Source of the DNA: an uncultured Candidatus Sumerlaeota bacterium
Lineage (GTDB): Bacteria > Sumerlaeota > Sumerlaeia > SLMS01 > JAHLLQ01
NCBI GenBank assembly: GCA_964580585.1
Contig: CAZOKZ010000006.1
Location: 45,492-109,491, forward strand
Direction of reading: 5' to 3'
DNA length: 64,000 bases
The position numbers and the translations under genes are program-made. How positions within the stretch are numbered: the stretch's first letter is position 1; each line of letters begins with the position of its first letter. Positions 1 through 9,374 of this stretch are shown piece after piece. Under the pieces are notes generated by a model, which was not told where the DNA came from, did not search any database, and worked only from the letters and a program-made list of their open reading frames with translations.

Positions 1-106
1 CATACCCGCGCGGACCCAGATAGTTGCGGTAATAGCCGCGTTTGACTTCCACAACTTCGCCCGCGCTGCCGAGATTATCGACGGAACGAAACAGAATTAC
101 CTTCAT
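1..106 (-). CDS. rplI: 50S ribosomal protein L9, N-terminal part (gene runs off window start)
   Basis: Reverse-strand translation from ATG at 104-106 gives [35 protein letters not shown], a typical L9 N-terminus. It follows rpsR, as in the canonical operon. Confidence 0.85.
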   Translation of the reverse strand, partial: MKVILFRSVDNLGSAGEVVEVKRGYYRNYLGPRGY

Positions 107-169
107 GGTTCATCACTCCTTAGTTATACCCAACGAGAGGACGGGATGGTTCGATTGACCGGTTCGAGA

Positions 170-553
170 TTAATCCTGCACGTAGGGCAGCAGGGCCAGA
201 TGGCGTGCGCGTTTGATGGCGCGGGTGACCATGCGTTGGAACTTGGCCGAGGTGCCTGTCATGCGACGGGGCATAATCTTGCCGCGGTCCGTGATGAACC
301 GTTGCAGGGTTTTAACGTCTTTGTAGTCGATGTATTCTGCTTTGATCATTGTGAAGTAGCAGACTTTGCGACGGGGGAAACGACGACGACGAGGGCCGCC
401 ACGGTCTCCACCACGATCGCCGCCGCGGTCACCGCCGCGGTCACCACCGCGATCGCCACCGCGTCCGCCGCCACCGGGGCCACGTCCATATGAACGAGGT
501 CCGCTGTTTTCGTTGCTGCTATCTGCAGATTTGCGTGTCACTTCATCACTCAT
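170..553 (-). CDS. rpsR: 30S ribosomal protein S18 with ~60-aa N-terminal GGDR/RGG low-complexity extension
   Basis: C-terminal 70 aa match the S18 core ([60 protein letters not shown]). N-terminus is (RGGD)x6. Confidence 0.9.
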   Translation of the reverse strand: MSDEVTRKSADSSNENSGPRSYGRGPGGGGRGGDRGGDRGGDRGGDRGGDRGGPRRRRFPRRKVCYFTMIKAEYIDYKDVKTLQRFITDRGKIMPRRMTGTSAKFQRMVTRAIKRARHLALLPYVQD

Positions 554-587
554 GAGTAGATGCCTTCCTCAAGGAATTTCAGAAATT

Positions 588-1091
588 TCAAAACGGAAGA
601 TCGTCTTCCGTTTGGTCGTAATTCGACGATGGGTCGTCGTGAGAGGAATCTGCGCCAGCCGAAGCGTCTTCGCGGGCGCGGGAGCCGGACCAGGAATCCT
701 GGCGGTTGGAGTATCCGCCGGGTGCGGATTGCTGGTAGCCACCACCGCTGCCGCCGCTGGCTCCTTCGGGGCGAGCGCCGAAGCGGATGTTGTCTGCCAC
801 GACGAGGATTTTTGTGCGTTTTTCGCCTTGGGCTGTTTGAAACTGGTCCATTTTCAGTCGGCCTTCGACCAGGACCTGGCTGCCTTTGCGCAGGTATTGG
901 CTGCAGAGTTCGGCTGTTTTGTTCCAGGTTTCAATATCGATGAACAAGGTTTCTTCGCGCTGTTCGCCTTGAGCTTTGTACCGCCGGTTGACGGCTAAAC
1001 CGAGTTTGCAGACCTGAGCTCCGCTCGGAAGGAAACGCGACTCGGGGTCGCGTGTCAAATTGCCGATCAGAATGACTTTATTCAGTTCCAT
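588..1091 (-). CDS. ssb: single-stranded DNA-binding protein
   Basis: OB-fold core (MELNKVILIGNLTRDPE...), Gly-rich tail and acidic C-terminal DDLPF tip. Sits between rpsF and rpsR. Confidence 0.9.
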   Translation of the reverse strand: MELNKVILIGNLTRDPESRFLPSGAQVCKLGLAVNRRYKAQGEQREETLFIDIETWNKTAELCSQYLRKGSQVLVEGRLKMDQFQTAQGEKRTKILVVADNIRFGARPEGASGGSGGGYQQSAPGGYSNRQDSWSGSRAREDASAGADSSHDDPSSNYDQTEDDLPF

Positions 1092-1159
1092 GTTCTCAAA
1101 TCGCTTTTCTGGGTCGAAGGCTGACGACGAACGGGATCGAACGAGCCGTTTTTACGGGC

Positions 1160-1756
1160 TTATTCGGTCGCGGCGCTGGCTTCCTTGGGGGCATCGGCTG
1201 CGGGGGCGGCGCTAGGCGCGGGGCCGCGGGATTCACGGTTGTCGCCGTGGGGACGACGATTGCCGCCGGGGCGATAACTGTAGCGGGCCAATTCTTCGGG
1301 AGAAGGCGGGTTGCCTTTCGATTTGCCGATGACGGCAACGGTCACGAGCGAACGAAGGATTTCTTCGGTGATGCGCAGGTGACGGTTGAGTTCGGGGAGA
1401 ACGGCGTTGTCGGTCGGGGTGTCGAACGTGAGGACGAAGTAATAGCCTTCGCGGCGACGATTGATGGGGTATGCCAGACGGCGTTTGCCCCATGCTTCGC
1501 GCGAATCGATCGTTCCGCCGTTTTTGGTGATGAGTTCCTCGATTTTTTCGATCGAGGCGATTTGTTGCTCTTCGGTGCGTGTTGCTTCAAACACGACAAC
1601 TGCTTCATACTTAGGCACGGATTTCGGGCCTCCCTTCGGTCTATTGGTCTCGGGCGACACATGGCCCGGGACAGGGAAGAGCATCGCGTCCGCCGTGAGC
1701 GGTCCGCGAAGGAAGGGAGAACTAACGGCGGGGACCCCGCGCCTGTCAAGAGGCAA
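1160..1756 (-). CDS. rpsF: 30S ribosomal protein S6 with Pro/Ala-rich C-terminal extension (true start probably internal, around 1684)
   Basis: YEAVVVFEATRTEEQQ...WGKRRLAYPIN...YYFVLTFD matches the S6 core. First gene of the rpsF-ssb-rpsR-rplI operon. Confidence 0.85.
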   Translation of the reverse strand: MPLDRRGVPAVSSPFLRGPLTADAMLFPVPGHVSPETNRPKGGPKSVPKYEAVVVFEATRTEEQQIASIEKIEELITKNGGTIDSREAWGKRRLAYPINRRREGYYFVLTFDTPTDNAVLPELNRHLRITEEILRSLVTVAVIGKSKGNPPSPEELARYSYRPGGNRRPHGDNRESRGPAPSAAPAADAPKEASAATE

Positions 1757-1808
1757 ATCGCTTGAATTTTAGTCGAGGGGCTGATTTTGGGGGATTTAGG
1801 GTGGGGAA

Positions 1809-2774
1809 TCAGGCATCGGGGTCCTCGAGCACACGAGCACGCACGAAATGGTCGAAAGCAAGATCGGCGTCGGAGGAAAGCATCTGGCGAATGGCGCTGA
1901 GTGCTCGTTCTTGTCTCAGGGGATAGATAAATATCATGAAAACCATCAAAAAGATAACTTGAAAACCTAGAAATGCACTGAATTGTCGCACAATAAGGGT
2001 GAACATAAATGAGGTAGGAAGGTAGATAAAGAAGTAAATCATAGGTGTTGAAAGACATCCCCGACGAATTGATTCAAATGGGATCGATGGATAATTTGTT
2101 TGGAGAACCGGATGATCACTGCACCATGAAAGAAATATTTTGGCGATGTGGTTTTTTGTCGCGATACTCGGCCCCTGGAAAAATTTCGAATGGAAAAAAA
2201 TATAACATGAGGACACAATGATTATGACGATAAGGGGTGAAAGCACCTCCTCGATTTGCAATGAAAAGTAGATGAGAATACTCGTTCCGCAAATCACACT
2301 CAGTACCATGAATACAAAAAAAAGTTTCCATGTGCGGGCACGTAATTCCAGGTACATCGCTTCCAATATTTCGTTTCCTTTTATTCCAGACTGCCACAAA
2401 TCCAAAACAATAGGGAACTGGGCGCGATTCGGTTTAAGTATCTGACAGAGCGTTCGTGAAATTGTTGGGGACATTATCCTGGGTGCAGGCAAAAGGGGCT
2501 TTGTTTGCAATAGTTTTTGGACTATCCAAAGGATCATAATGAATATTATGAGGGCACAAAGGGGATTGAAAATGACGAGTAAAAAAATGAAAAGGAACAA
2601 GGTGTGAATGGGCAAAAACGTCTGGTAAAGTTGAAAACCGTGTAGAAGGAAAATTGAACGTATCGAATGGCGTGGATAGAATAATTGAAACAACGTATTC
2701 GTGTCCTCGGCTTCGAGGAGCGGATCGAGGCGGCGTAGCCAGTCGGGAAAGATTTGCTTTTGCGCGTCAGGCAT
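1809..2774 (-). CDS. multi-pass membrane protein, paralog A of a 4-gene tandem family (unknown function)
   Basis: ORF with a start at 2772-2774 (MPDAQKQIFPDWLRRLDPLLEAEDTNTLFQLF...). Has the N-terminal motif shared with the other three paralogs, multiple hydrophobic helices and a C-terminal ...FDHFVRARVLEDPDA. Low GC (~40%). Confidence 0.6.
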   Translation of the reverse strand: MPDAQKQIFPDWLRRLDPLLEAEDTNTLFQLFYPRHSIRSIFLLHGFQLYQTFLPIHTLFLFIFLLVIFNPLCALIIFIMILWIVQKLLQTKPLLPAPRIMSPTISRTLCQILKPNRAQFPIVLDLWQSGIKGNEILEAMYLELRARTWKLFFVFMVLSVICGTSILIYFSLQIEEVLSPLIVIIIVSSCYIFFHSKFFQGPSIATKNHIAKIFLSWCSDHPVLQTNYPSIPFESIRRGCLSTPMIYFFIYLPTSFMFTLIVRQFSAFLGFQVIFLMVFMIFIYPLRQERALSAIRQMLSSDADLAFDHFVRARVLEDPDA

Positions 2775-3792
2775 CGGGGTCCTCGAGCAGTTGCGTGCGG
2801 ATGAAGCGGTCGAAGGAATGGACGGCGTTTTCCAGAAGGACGGCGTGGCGTTCCATGCTTTGCGCAACGACGACGCCGTGTTGAAGGTACAGGAGCAGCG
2901 AGATGACTGCGATCATGCTGGACCCGATGTAAACGGCAGGGATGTTCAGGTCGATGCGTTCGGATTGGTCGAGCGGAAACGCACCGATCATATCAAGATA
3001 CCCGAAGAGGAGAATTCCGGCAATGATGCTTTGCAATGCGAGGAAAATCATGGTCACCAGGCTGTTGGCGGTGGCGCGTATCGAATGGCTGAGGGTGGCG
3101 CGAAGCGCCGATTGTGTCTGCCAGAGCACCAGGCGTGGTTCAAGGTGGTAGATGCGCACGATTGGAATCCCAGAGGCGATTGTTAATTCGCCTACCGAAT
3201 AGGCAAGAAACCCGAATGAGCCGAGAAACAGAAAGCCGCCCAGTGAAAAGATGTCGGCGTCGCGGGTGACTACGATCAGGCAGACGAGCAGAAGGAGGCT
3301 CCAAATACCGAGCAAGACGTTCCACGGTTTTTCGCGCTTTTCCAGGTAGATGGCTTCCAGGACGTCGCGTCCTGTAAAGCCCGCGAGCCAGATTTCGCGC
3401 GCGGCCGATTCGTGCAGGCCGTCGCGAGTGAAGACTTGCGAGACGGTGAGCGGCAAATGAGGCGTGCGGCGCCGGTGGACACGAAAGGATGCGTAGGAAA
3501 ACAGGAGTAGAACGAACAGCGCGGGGATTGCAAGGAGGCCGATGAAACGCGAAAGCGCCAAGGCAAGGACGAGAAGTATAAAGTTAAGGACAATGCCGTG
3601 CGAGGCAATGTCCCACGACCACAGCGTGCGCAGATGAGCCGCCATGGTGGGGCGCGCGTGAACCGTGCGGCGCAGACGAAAGGCCTGGTAAAGGGCGTTG
3701 GTGTCCTCGGCTGCCAGCAACGGATCGAATCGCCGCAACCAGTCCGGAAAGGCAGGAGGGGGACTCGGAAGTTCGCGCTCGTTTTCAGGCAT
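2767..3792 (-). CDS. multi-pass membrane protein, paralog B
   Basis: MPENERELPSPPPAFPDWLRRFDPLLAAEDTNALYQAF ... GRDVLEAIYLE ... LLEDPDA. Its stop overlaps the start of paralog A by 8 nt (ATGCCTGA). Confidence 0.6.
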   Translation of the reverse strand: MPENERELPSPPPAFPDWLRRFDPLLAAEDTNALYQAFRLRRTVHARPTMAAHLRTLWSWDIASHGIVLNFILLVLALALSRFIGLLAIPALFVLLLFSYASFRVHRRRTPHLPLTVSQVFTRDGLHESAAREIWLAGFTGRDVLEAIYLEKREKPWNVLLGIWSLLLLVCLIVVTRDADIFSLGGFLFLGSFGFLAYSVGELTIASGIPIVRIYHLEPRLVLWQTQSALRATLSHSIRATANSLVTMIFLALQSIIAGILLFGYLDMIGAFPLDQSERIDLNIPAVYIGSSMIAVISLLLYLQHGVVVAQSMERHAVLLENAVHSFDRFIRTQLLEDPDA

Positions 3793-4711
3793 TCGATTGT
3801 TCTGTGGTTTGGTGTGGTTGCTTGTCTTGTAAAACGTAATGAACGATGAGTTTCTCGTAGGCGCTATCGGCTTTTTCGAGAGATTTTTGGTAACGGCGAA
3901 TCAGGAAGGCGCGCGCCTGCTTGCGCGTCAGTTGAGTCAGGCATCCGATAGTGATGAAAAACGCGGAGAGCACGGTCAGAACACTGTGGCGGTTGAAGTA
4001 ATTCACGAGTCCTTGAGGAAGGAAGGCGGCGCCGATTTCGAAGATCACCGTGAGAAAAATTCCGATCAACGTGAAGACAAAGACGGCAGTTATCATCCAA
4101 GGAATGAGGGAAAGAAATTGATCCATCGTGGTGGTAATGGTGTGGCGCAGCTTGGGGCCGAGTTCAATGGGTGTCAGCCATCGATCGATAGGAACCATCA
4201 CGAATTGTTGGCGAGCGGTTTCGATCCCGAGGATGAAGGCGAAAAAAAATACCTGCCAGACGAAGTAGGCGGTGGCGAGAATGAAAACCAGATGCATCAG
4301 GCTGAGAGTTCGATCGAAAAAAGACGCTGCCACGATCAATAGGTATGCAATGACCGCGAACCACTCCGATTGTTTCCACATCAAGCGTCCTTCGAGATAT
4401 AAAGTTTCAACGATGTCGCGTCCCGTGTTGGGAGTTAACCAGATGTCGGTGGCGGCCTGAAGAAGAATGCCTTTTTCAGAGTAAACGTCCGAAAGTCTGC
4501 GGGGCAGAAAAGGGGTCAAGTTGCGTTTGTCCCAGCGACCAACGCCTGGGGCTTTTGACGGGGCAAAAAATTTTCGTCCGTGAACTTTGCGACGGCGGTA
4601 GAAGGCCTGGAACAGGCAATTGGTTTTTTCGGCGTCAAGTGTTGGGTCGTTGCGTCGCATCCATTCGGAGAATGCAGGCGGAGTTTCAGTTTCGGACGAG
4701 GGTTTGACCAT
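3785..4711 (-). CDS. multi-pass membrane protein, paralog C
   Basis: Start taken at the internal ATG (MVKPSSETETPPAFSEWMRRNDPTLDAEKTNCLFQAF...GRDIVETLYLE...). Its stop overlaps the start of paralog B by 8 nt (ATGCCTGA). Confidence 0.55.
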   Translation of the reverse strand: MVKPSSETETPPAFSEWMRRNDPTLDAEKTNCLFQAFYRRRKVHGRKFFAPSKAPGVGRWDKRNLTPFLPRRLSDVYSEKGILLQAATDIWLTPNTGRDIVETLYLEGRLMWKQSEWFAVIAYLLIVAASFFDRTLSLMHLVFILATAYFVWQVFFFAFILGIETARQQFVMVPIDRWLTPIELGPKLRHTITTTMDQFLSLIPWMITAVFVFTLIGIFLTVIFEIGAAFLPQGLVNYFNRHSVLTVLSAFFITIGCLTQLTRKQARAFLIRRYQKSLEKADSAYEKLIVHYVLQDKQPHQTTEQSNA

Positions 4712-5612
4712 GGGAGGCGGTGGCTTTCGCTTGGTGGTTGCTGTATTCTTCGAAAACGAATCGTTCCATGAATTGCGGATAAAGTTCGTTGATGCGGTCG
4801 AACCGGGCGCGAATTTTCTCGCACCGGTTGGGACGCGGCCAACGACGATTAATTTCGATGATGAGCGACAATGAGAACAGGAGGACAATCGAGATTACAT
4901 GGCAAGGCCATTCGATAATGATTTTGATCATGAAAGGATTCGATTTGTAGGGCTGCGAATTAACCCATCGCTCGAATTGAGCGGCCCCCCATATCGCAAG
5001 AAAGATAAGCAACGACATCCAAAACAAAATCTTCAAACTGAGGAAAATCATGGGGAAATGTTCGTGTCGAAAACGGTCCCATGCATTGTCCGGGGTTTGA
5101 AAAATATGTTCGAGGAGTTTGAGTGATGTATCGGAACCCGGAGTTCGAATCACTTGGATTGGCGTGAATAAGCAGCATCCCGTCCAGACAATCATCAAAC
5201 ACATTCCCATTAGACTTAAAGGTGAGCCGAAAACCAGATACACTCCCAACGCGATCAACCAGATGAATATAAAGATGGAGGAGATTTCATTTCTTAACAA
5301 ATTATTTTCCAGGTAGATTGCCTCGGCGAGATCGCGGCCCGATGCACCGGTCATCCAGATATCAATGGCGGCAGATCGCACAAACCCCAGAGGTCCGAAA
5401 ACATTTGTCAAATAGAACGGAAGCGTATTCACCAGAATGGGTTTATGGGGACTGATGTTTGGCGGCAAGCTTTGGCCTTTGAGAAGACGTAGCGGATCCA
5501 TATGATTGCGTCGTTCGTGAAACGCCTGGAACAATGCGTTCGTGTCCTCGGCGGCGAGGAGCGGATCGACTTTTCGCATCTTCTCGTTGAAAACAGGTTG
5601 GGTTTTGCTCAT
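4686..5612 (-). CDS. multi-pass membrane protein, paralog D
   Basis: MSKTQPVFNEKMRKVDPLLAAEDTNALFQAF...GRDLAEAIYLE... and C-terminal FDRINELYPQFMERFVFEEY motif. First gene of the array. Confidence 0.6.
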   Translation of the reverse strand: MSKTQPVFNEKMRKVDPLLAAEDTNALFQAFHERRNHMDPLRLLKGQSLPPNISPHKPILVNTLPFYLTNVFGPLGFVRSAAIDIWMTGASGRDLAEAIYLENNLLRNEISSIFIFIWLIALGVYLVFGSPLSLMGMCLMIVWTGCCLFTPIQVIRTPGSDTSLKLLEHIFQTPDNAWDRFRHEHFPMIFLSLKILFWMSLLIFLAIWGAAQFERWVNSQPYKSNPFMIKIIIEWPCHVISIVLLFSLSLIIEINRRWPRPNRCEKIRARFDRINELYPQFMERFVFEEYSNHQAKATASHGQTLVRN

Positions 5613-5719
5613 CGAATTTGCTCGTTGGCCGGGGATTTTTAAACAGAAACCGTTTCACCGGGTTGGATTGTGTCTCGGCTTGCGCGACTGAAGGGTTTTT
5701 ATTCAACTAAACCATCGAT

Positions 5720-6583
5720 TTGATTTCGAGGTTGGAGATGAAGGTCATTCACGGCACGATGCAGGCAGTGCATTCGGCGTTTTTGAACGAAGAACCGTTG
5801 GGGTTTCGCGAAGGCGTTCAGGCGCTCTTTCGCGGTGTTCAATATTTAATCGCGAGACCGCATTATCTGGCGGTTTGCGCAGCACCGTGGGCGTTGAACC
5901 TGATCGTTGTCGGGCCGATTGTGGCGATATTGCTCAAATTTCTGGTTTACGATTGGGTGGTTGGATGGGCACCGGACCAGGATGTCTGGTGGGCGACGGC
6001 CATCGAGGTCGCTCTGCGTATTTTTATCCTGCCGACGTTGTTTGCCGTTTGGGTGGTGGTGTTTTTGCTGATGTCGATGGTGGTGGGGGCGCCTTTTCAC
6101 GATAAACTGGGCGAGTTGATCGAGCAGGAGGAATTCGCTGGGCGTCCGGATTTGCTGGCACCGTCGATGCCGCTGTGGGTGGGGGTGCGGCATGCGCTCG
6201 TCGAAGCGTTGAAACGCGTCGGGGTTTTGATTCCCAGGTTGGTATTGGCGTTGTTCCTGGGGGTGATTCCGTTGGTGGGTCCGTTGATTGTGATGGTGGT
6301 TGATTTTTTTCTGGCGGCAGGATTCATGACGCTCGATGCGTTCAGCATGCCGATGGATCGGAGAGGAATTCCGCTCGAAGAAAAAATCCGTTGGGTAAAA
6401 TCGAATCGGCGGTTCGCGTTGGGATTTGGGCTGCCGCTGCTGGTGTTGCCGTGCGCGTTTTTCCTGATGCCACCGTTGGCGACGGCAGCGGCGACGTTGG
6501 TTTATTGCCGGTATCGATTGCGGGAGGAAACGCAGGTGGGGACGGAAGAAAAAGCAGGAGCTGAAAGGCAAAAGGCTGAATAA
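5720..6583 (+). CDS. EI24/CysZ-like (DUF540) inner-membrane protein
   Basis: Four hydrophobic segments. Signature motifs resemble E. coli CysZ (G..Y..ARP.., ..APFHDKLGELIEQEE versus CysZ AAPFNGLLAEQLE). Confidence 0.55.
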   Translation: MISRLEMKVIHGTMQAVHSAFLNEEPLGFREGVQALFRGVQYLIARPHYLAVCAAPWALNLIVVGPIVAILLKFLVYDWVVGWAPDQDVWWATAIEVALRIFILPTLFAVWVVVFLLMSMVVGAPFHDKLGELIEQEEFAGRPDLLAPSMPLWVGVRHALVEALKRVGVLIPRLVLALFLGVIPLVGPLIVMVVDFFLAAGFMTLDAFSMPMDRRGIPLEEKIRWVKSNRRFALGFGLPLLVLPCAFFLMPPLATAAATLVYCRYRLREETQVGTEEKAGAERQKAE

Positions 6584-6584
6584 G

Positions 6585-6940
6585 AGCCTTTTGCCAAATG
6601 ATGTGGCCGCATGATTGGAACCATCCTTTGATGTCTTGCGTGGTGACGGCGTCGAGCCCTTTGGCGACGGCGCTGCTCAGCGCTCGTGTGCCGCGAAGAA
6701 GGGCTTTCACTTTGCTCCACATTTTCTCGATCGGGTTGAGGTTGGGGCTGTAGGCGGGCAGGAACAACAGGGTGGCTCCAGCGGCTTCGATGGCGGTTTG
6801 CCCGACGGCGCTTTGTCATGGGCTCGTTTGCCTTTGGGAGCACGACTGGATACGTATGTTTTTACGAAAATATTAATGGCGAGTTCGTCTGTAAGTTTTT
6901 TCCGAATTTCCGTAATTGTTTTTTTTTGTTTGTTTTGCAA
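6585..6940 (-). pseudogene. IS630/Tc1-mariner family transposase relic (frameshifted, internally deleted)
   Basis: Reverse frame encodes ...AIEAAGATLLFLPAYSPNLNPIEKMWSKVKALLRG..., the DDE_3 C-terminal signature. An upstream ...SSRAPKGKRAHDK... segment is in another frame. In-frame stops, no intact ORF, no TIRs recognised. Confidence 0.55.
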
Positions 6941-7118
6941 GTGTCCTCTCGTTCGAGCGCCAGACGACTTTCAGCTTTCAGCCTACTCTGTTGCGCCGGG
7001 TCCTCAAGATTCCGGGTGGAGTCGATTTGTGTCTGGATTTGAGCGTTTATTCAAATTTCAAATTGAAACTTTGGGCGAAAAAATACTTCTTCCAAGTTTC
7101 AGGAAAGAGTAGTTTTGC

Positions 7119-8268
7119 AATGAAAAAACATTTGAACAAAATTTCTACTGTACTTGCCGTATCCGCACTGTTGGGATGCGCTTCTATCGCTTCCGCTGCG
7201 CCGTTTGGATCGGGCAACATTGTTGTGCTTCGCGTTGGCGATGGTACCAGCTTGCTTGTAAACCAAACAGCAGCACCGTTATTTCTCGACGAATACCTGC
7301 CCGACGGCACGCTTGTTCAATCGATCAGCATGCCGACCACGACTTCTGGTTCAAATCGTCGGGTAACGCTTCATGGTGTTGAAACAGCGGTTGGCGCACT
7401 AAACCGTTCTGTAAACAATCAATATTTGACGTTTGGCGGATATGACGCTGCGGTGGGAACCGCAAGCTTAACCAGTTCGACGGTTGATCGCGTCATTGCG
7501 CGTGTCGATTCGGACGGCAATGTTAATACGACAACGACGATTTCGGATGGCTTTGGGCGTATTGCCAGTGTGATTTCCGACGACGGCTTACATTTTTGGA
7601 GCACCGGTAATACCAGCGGTGCGAGAAACGGCGGTCTGCGTTATTCTTCGCTTCTGGGTAATTCAACAACGACCTTGGTTGTTTCTTCTCCGAATAACCT
7701 GCTGATGACGGGTATTTTCGATGATCAACTTTATACAAGTGTTTCCTTCGGCTCAACGATCGGCGTAGCAACGTTGGGCACTGGATTGCCCGTTTCGACA
7801 GGCCAATCCATGACTTTATTGCCCGGGTTCTTTACATCGGGAACACACGCGCCACGCGCGTATTATTTCCTCGATGCTTCGACGATTTTCCTCGTTGATA
7901 CTCAGTCACAAGCCAACCAGGGCGGATTGCAAAAATGGACGTTCAACGGATCGACATGGGACTTTGCGACAACGCCTTTCCCTATTATTTCTCCCACCAC
8001 ATCGGCTGGTTTGGGCGGACTGGTTGGAACGTCCAGCGGATCCAATGTTACTCTGTACGCCACGACAGTTGAAAACGAAACAACGGGCAACAGTTTGATC
8101 AAACTTGAAAGCACCGATGGCGGAGCTACATTCCCGACTATCACAGTCCTGGCATCGTCACCTGCGGGCACATTCAATACATTATTCCGCGGTGTGGCTT
8201 TCGCGCCCGAGCCTGCTGGCGCGGGTGTCGAAATGTGGGAAGAATTCGACGGCCCCCTGGCCCGATAA
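7119..8268 (+). CDS. secreted or lipoprotein, Ser/Thr/Gly-rich, unknown function
   Basis: Start at MKKHLNKISTVLAVSALLGCASIASA (signal peptide with possible lipobox LLGC). Rest is S/T/G/N-rich, consistent with a beta-rich exported protein. Confidence 0.6.
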
Positions 8269-8438
8269 GACATGCCGGATAAAAACCGGGCAAACTGCTT
8301 ATCTCTCTCCTCGTCGTCAACCTGGCAGGGCCAGCAATGTCGAACGGAGTCAACATTGCTGGGTCCAATACGGGACTGCTGCATCGATTGCCCATTATGA
8401 TGTCAAGCAACTCGTAGCCGACTATTCGCTCGATCGGG

Positions 8439-8924
8439 TCAACTGGCTGGCCCGATCGAGCGAATTGCTTCATAGATCGCCACCGCGCAGGCCGTGGCAA
8501 GATTCAAACTGCGCGCGCGGGGCTCGAAAATCGGAATTTTCACCGAATGCTCCGCGCCAATCTGCGAATGCACTTCATCCGGTACTCCATGAGGTTCATT
8601 TCCAAACAGCAGCACGTCGCCTGCCCGATATGAAACATCGGTGTGGGCTTGCTCGGCCTTCGTGGTAAATAGCCAGATACGGCGGTTTTCCATCGCTTTC
8701 TGGAACGCCGCGAAATCCGCATGGACGGTCCAATCCACCAACTCCCAATAATCCATCCCCGTTCTTTTCAAAGTCTTATCATCGAATGAAAACGGAATCG
8801 GGCGAATCACGTGCAGGGGGGTCTTCGTGGCGGCGCACAGCCGACCTGCCGCGCCGACATTTTGTGCAATGCGCGGGGAATAAAGGGCGAGATGAACGAG
8901 GGGGAACTGGGGATTTTCAGTCAT
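8439..8924 (-). CDS. trmL: tRNA (cytidine/uridine-2'-O)-methyltransferase, SpoU/TrmL family
   Basis: MTENPQFPLVHLALYSPRIAQNVGAAGRLCAATKTPLHVIRPIPFSFDDKTLKRTGMDYWE...NEPHGVPDEV...SLNLATACAVAIYEA is collinear with E. coli TrmL. Confidence 0.85.
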   Translation of the reverse strand: MTENPQFPLVHLALYSPRIAQNVGAAGRLCAATKTPLHVIRPIPFSFDDKTLKRTGMDYWELVDWTVHADFAAFQKAMENRRIWLFTTKAEQAHTDVSYRAGDVLLFGNEPHGVPDEVHSQIGAEHSVKIPIFEPRARSLNLATACAVAIYEAIRSIGPAS

Positions 8925-8996
8925 GATGATCCAGGGTAAAAATACAGGTCGGCAAGGAAACCCTCGCCGACCTGATTGAATCTAACTTCGCTAATT

Positions 8997-9374
8997 TCAA
9001 CTGGCTTTGTTCGTTTTTTTCAACCGCGACGTTAATTCACGGATTTCTGCGTCGCGTTGGGCAATGGCGGCCAGCATCTCGCGCAGGCGCGTTTCAAGAT
9101 CCGCGCGCGTCAGCGTCGAAATGGTGCTGTCCGTGATGCGACGATCAGGGTCCCTGCCCAAAGGAGTAGCACTTCCCGAACGACGCATTGCTGCCAACGC
9201 CAGCCCAAAGACCGAACGCAATTCTTCCTCGTTGGCATCGGAAAAACGCCCCAGATAGTACATGAATTCCGGTGTTTGCGCCAAGGCCACAAAAATGTCC
9301 TCGGCTTTTTGGATGTTCACAGTTACAGGCGAACGCGGAGACGAATTCTTCGCCATGATATCCATCCTTCGCAT
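8997..9374 (-). CDS. hypothetical protein with C-terminal coiled-coil
   Basis: ORF only. No recognisable motifs. Confidence 0.3.
   Translation of the reverse strand: MRRMDIMAKNSSPRSPVTVNIQKAEDIFVALAQTPEFMYYLGRFSDANEEELRSVFGLALAAMRRSGSATPLGRDPDRRITDSTISTLTRADLETRLREMLAAIAQRDAEIRELTSRLKKTNKAS

Noticed and set aside
366-480. Tandem 12-nt DNA repeat (ggtcaccgccgcg...) that could be mistaken for a short repeat array
   Set aside because: It is the coding sequence of the (RGGD)n N-terminal extension of S18. It has no spacers and is not CRISPR-like.
5846-6571. 241-aa His/Gln/Arg-rich ORF antisense to the CysZ-like gene, and similar long antisense ORFs (1247-1765, 12332-13030, 18660-19880, 23966-25480, 25556-26515, 37067-37774, 37880-38707, 46719-47642, 55724-56794)
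   Set aside because: Typical high-GC antisense shadow ORFs with low-complexity composition. The opposite strand carries a gene with clear homology or motifs in each case.
6615-7112. 165-aa plus-strand ORF spanning the transposase relic
   Set aside because: No motifs. It overlaps the IS630 remnant on the other strand and the signal-peptide gene start. Likely spurious.
7075-7145. Apparent +/-1 discrepancies in two A-homopolymers (around 7078-7082 and 7136-7140) between the displayed sequence and the frame implied by the ORF-track translation of 6916-8268
   Set aside because: The two differences compensate, and the overall ORF coordinates still agree. Treated as a display or homopolymer-length uncertainty rather than biology. 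The gene start given (7119) may be off by 1 nt.
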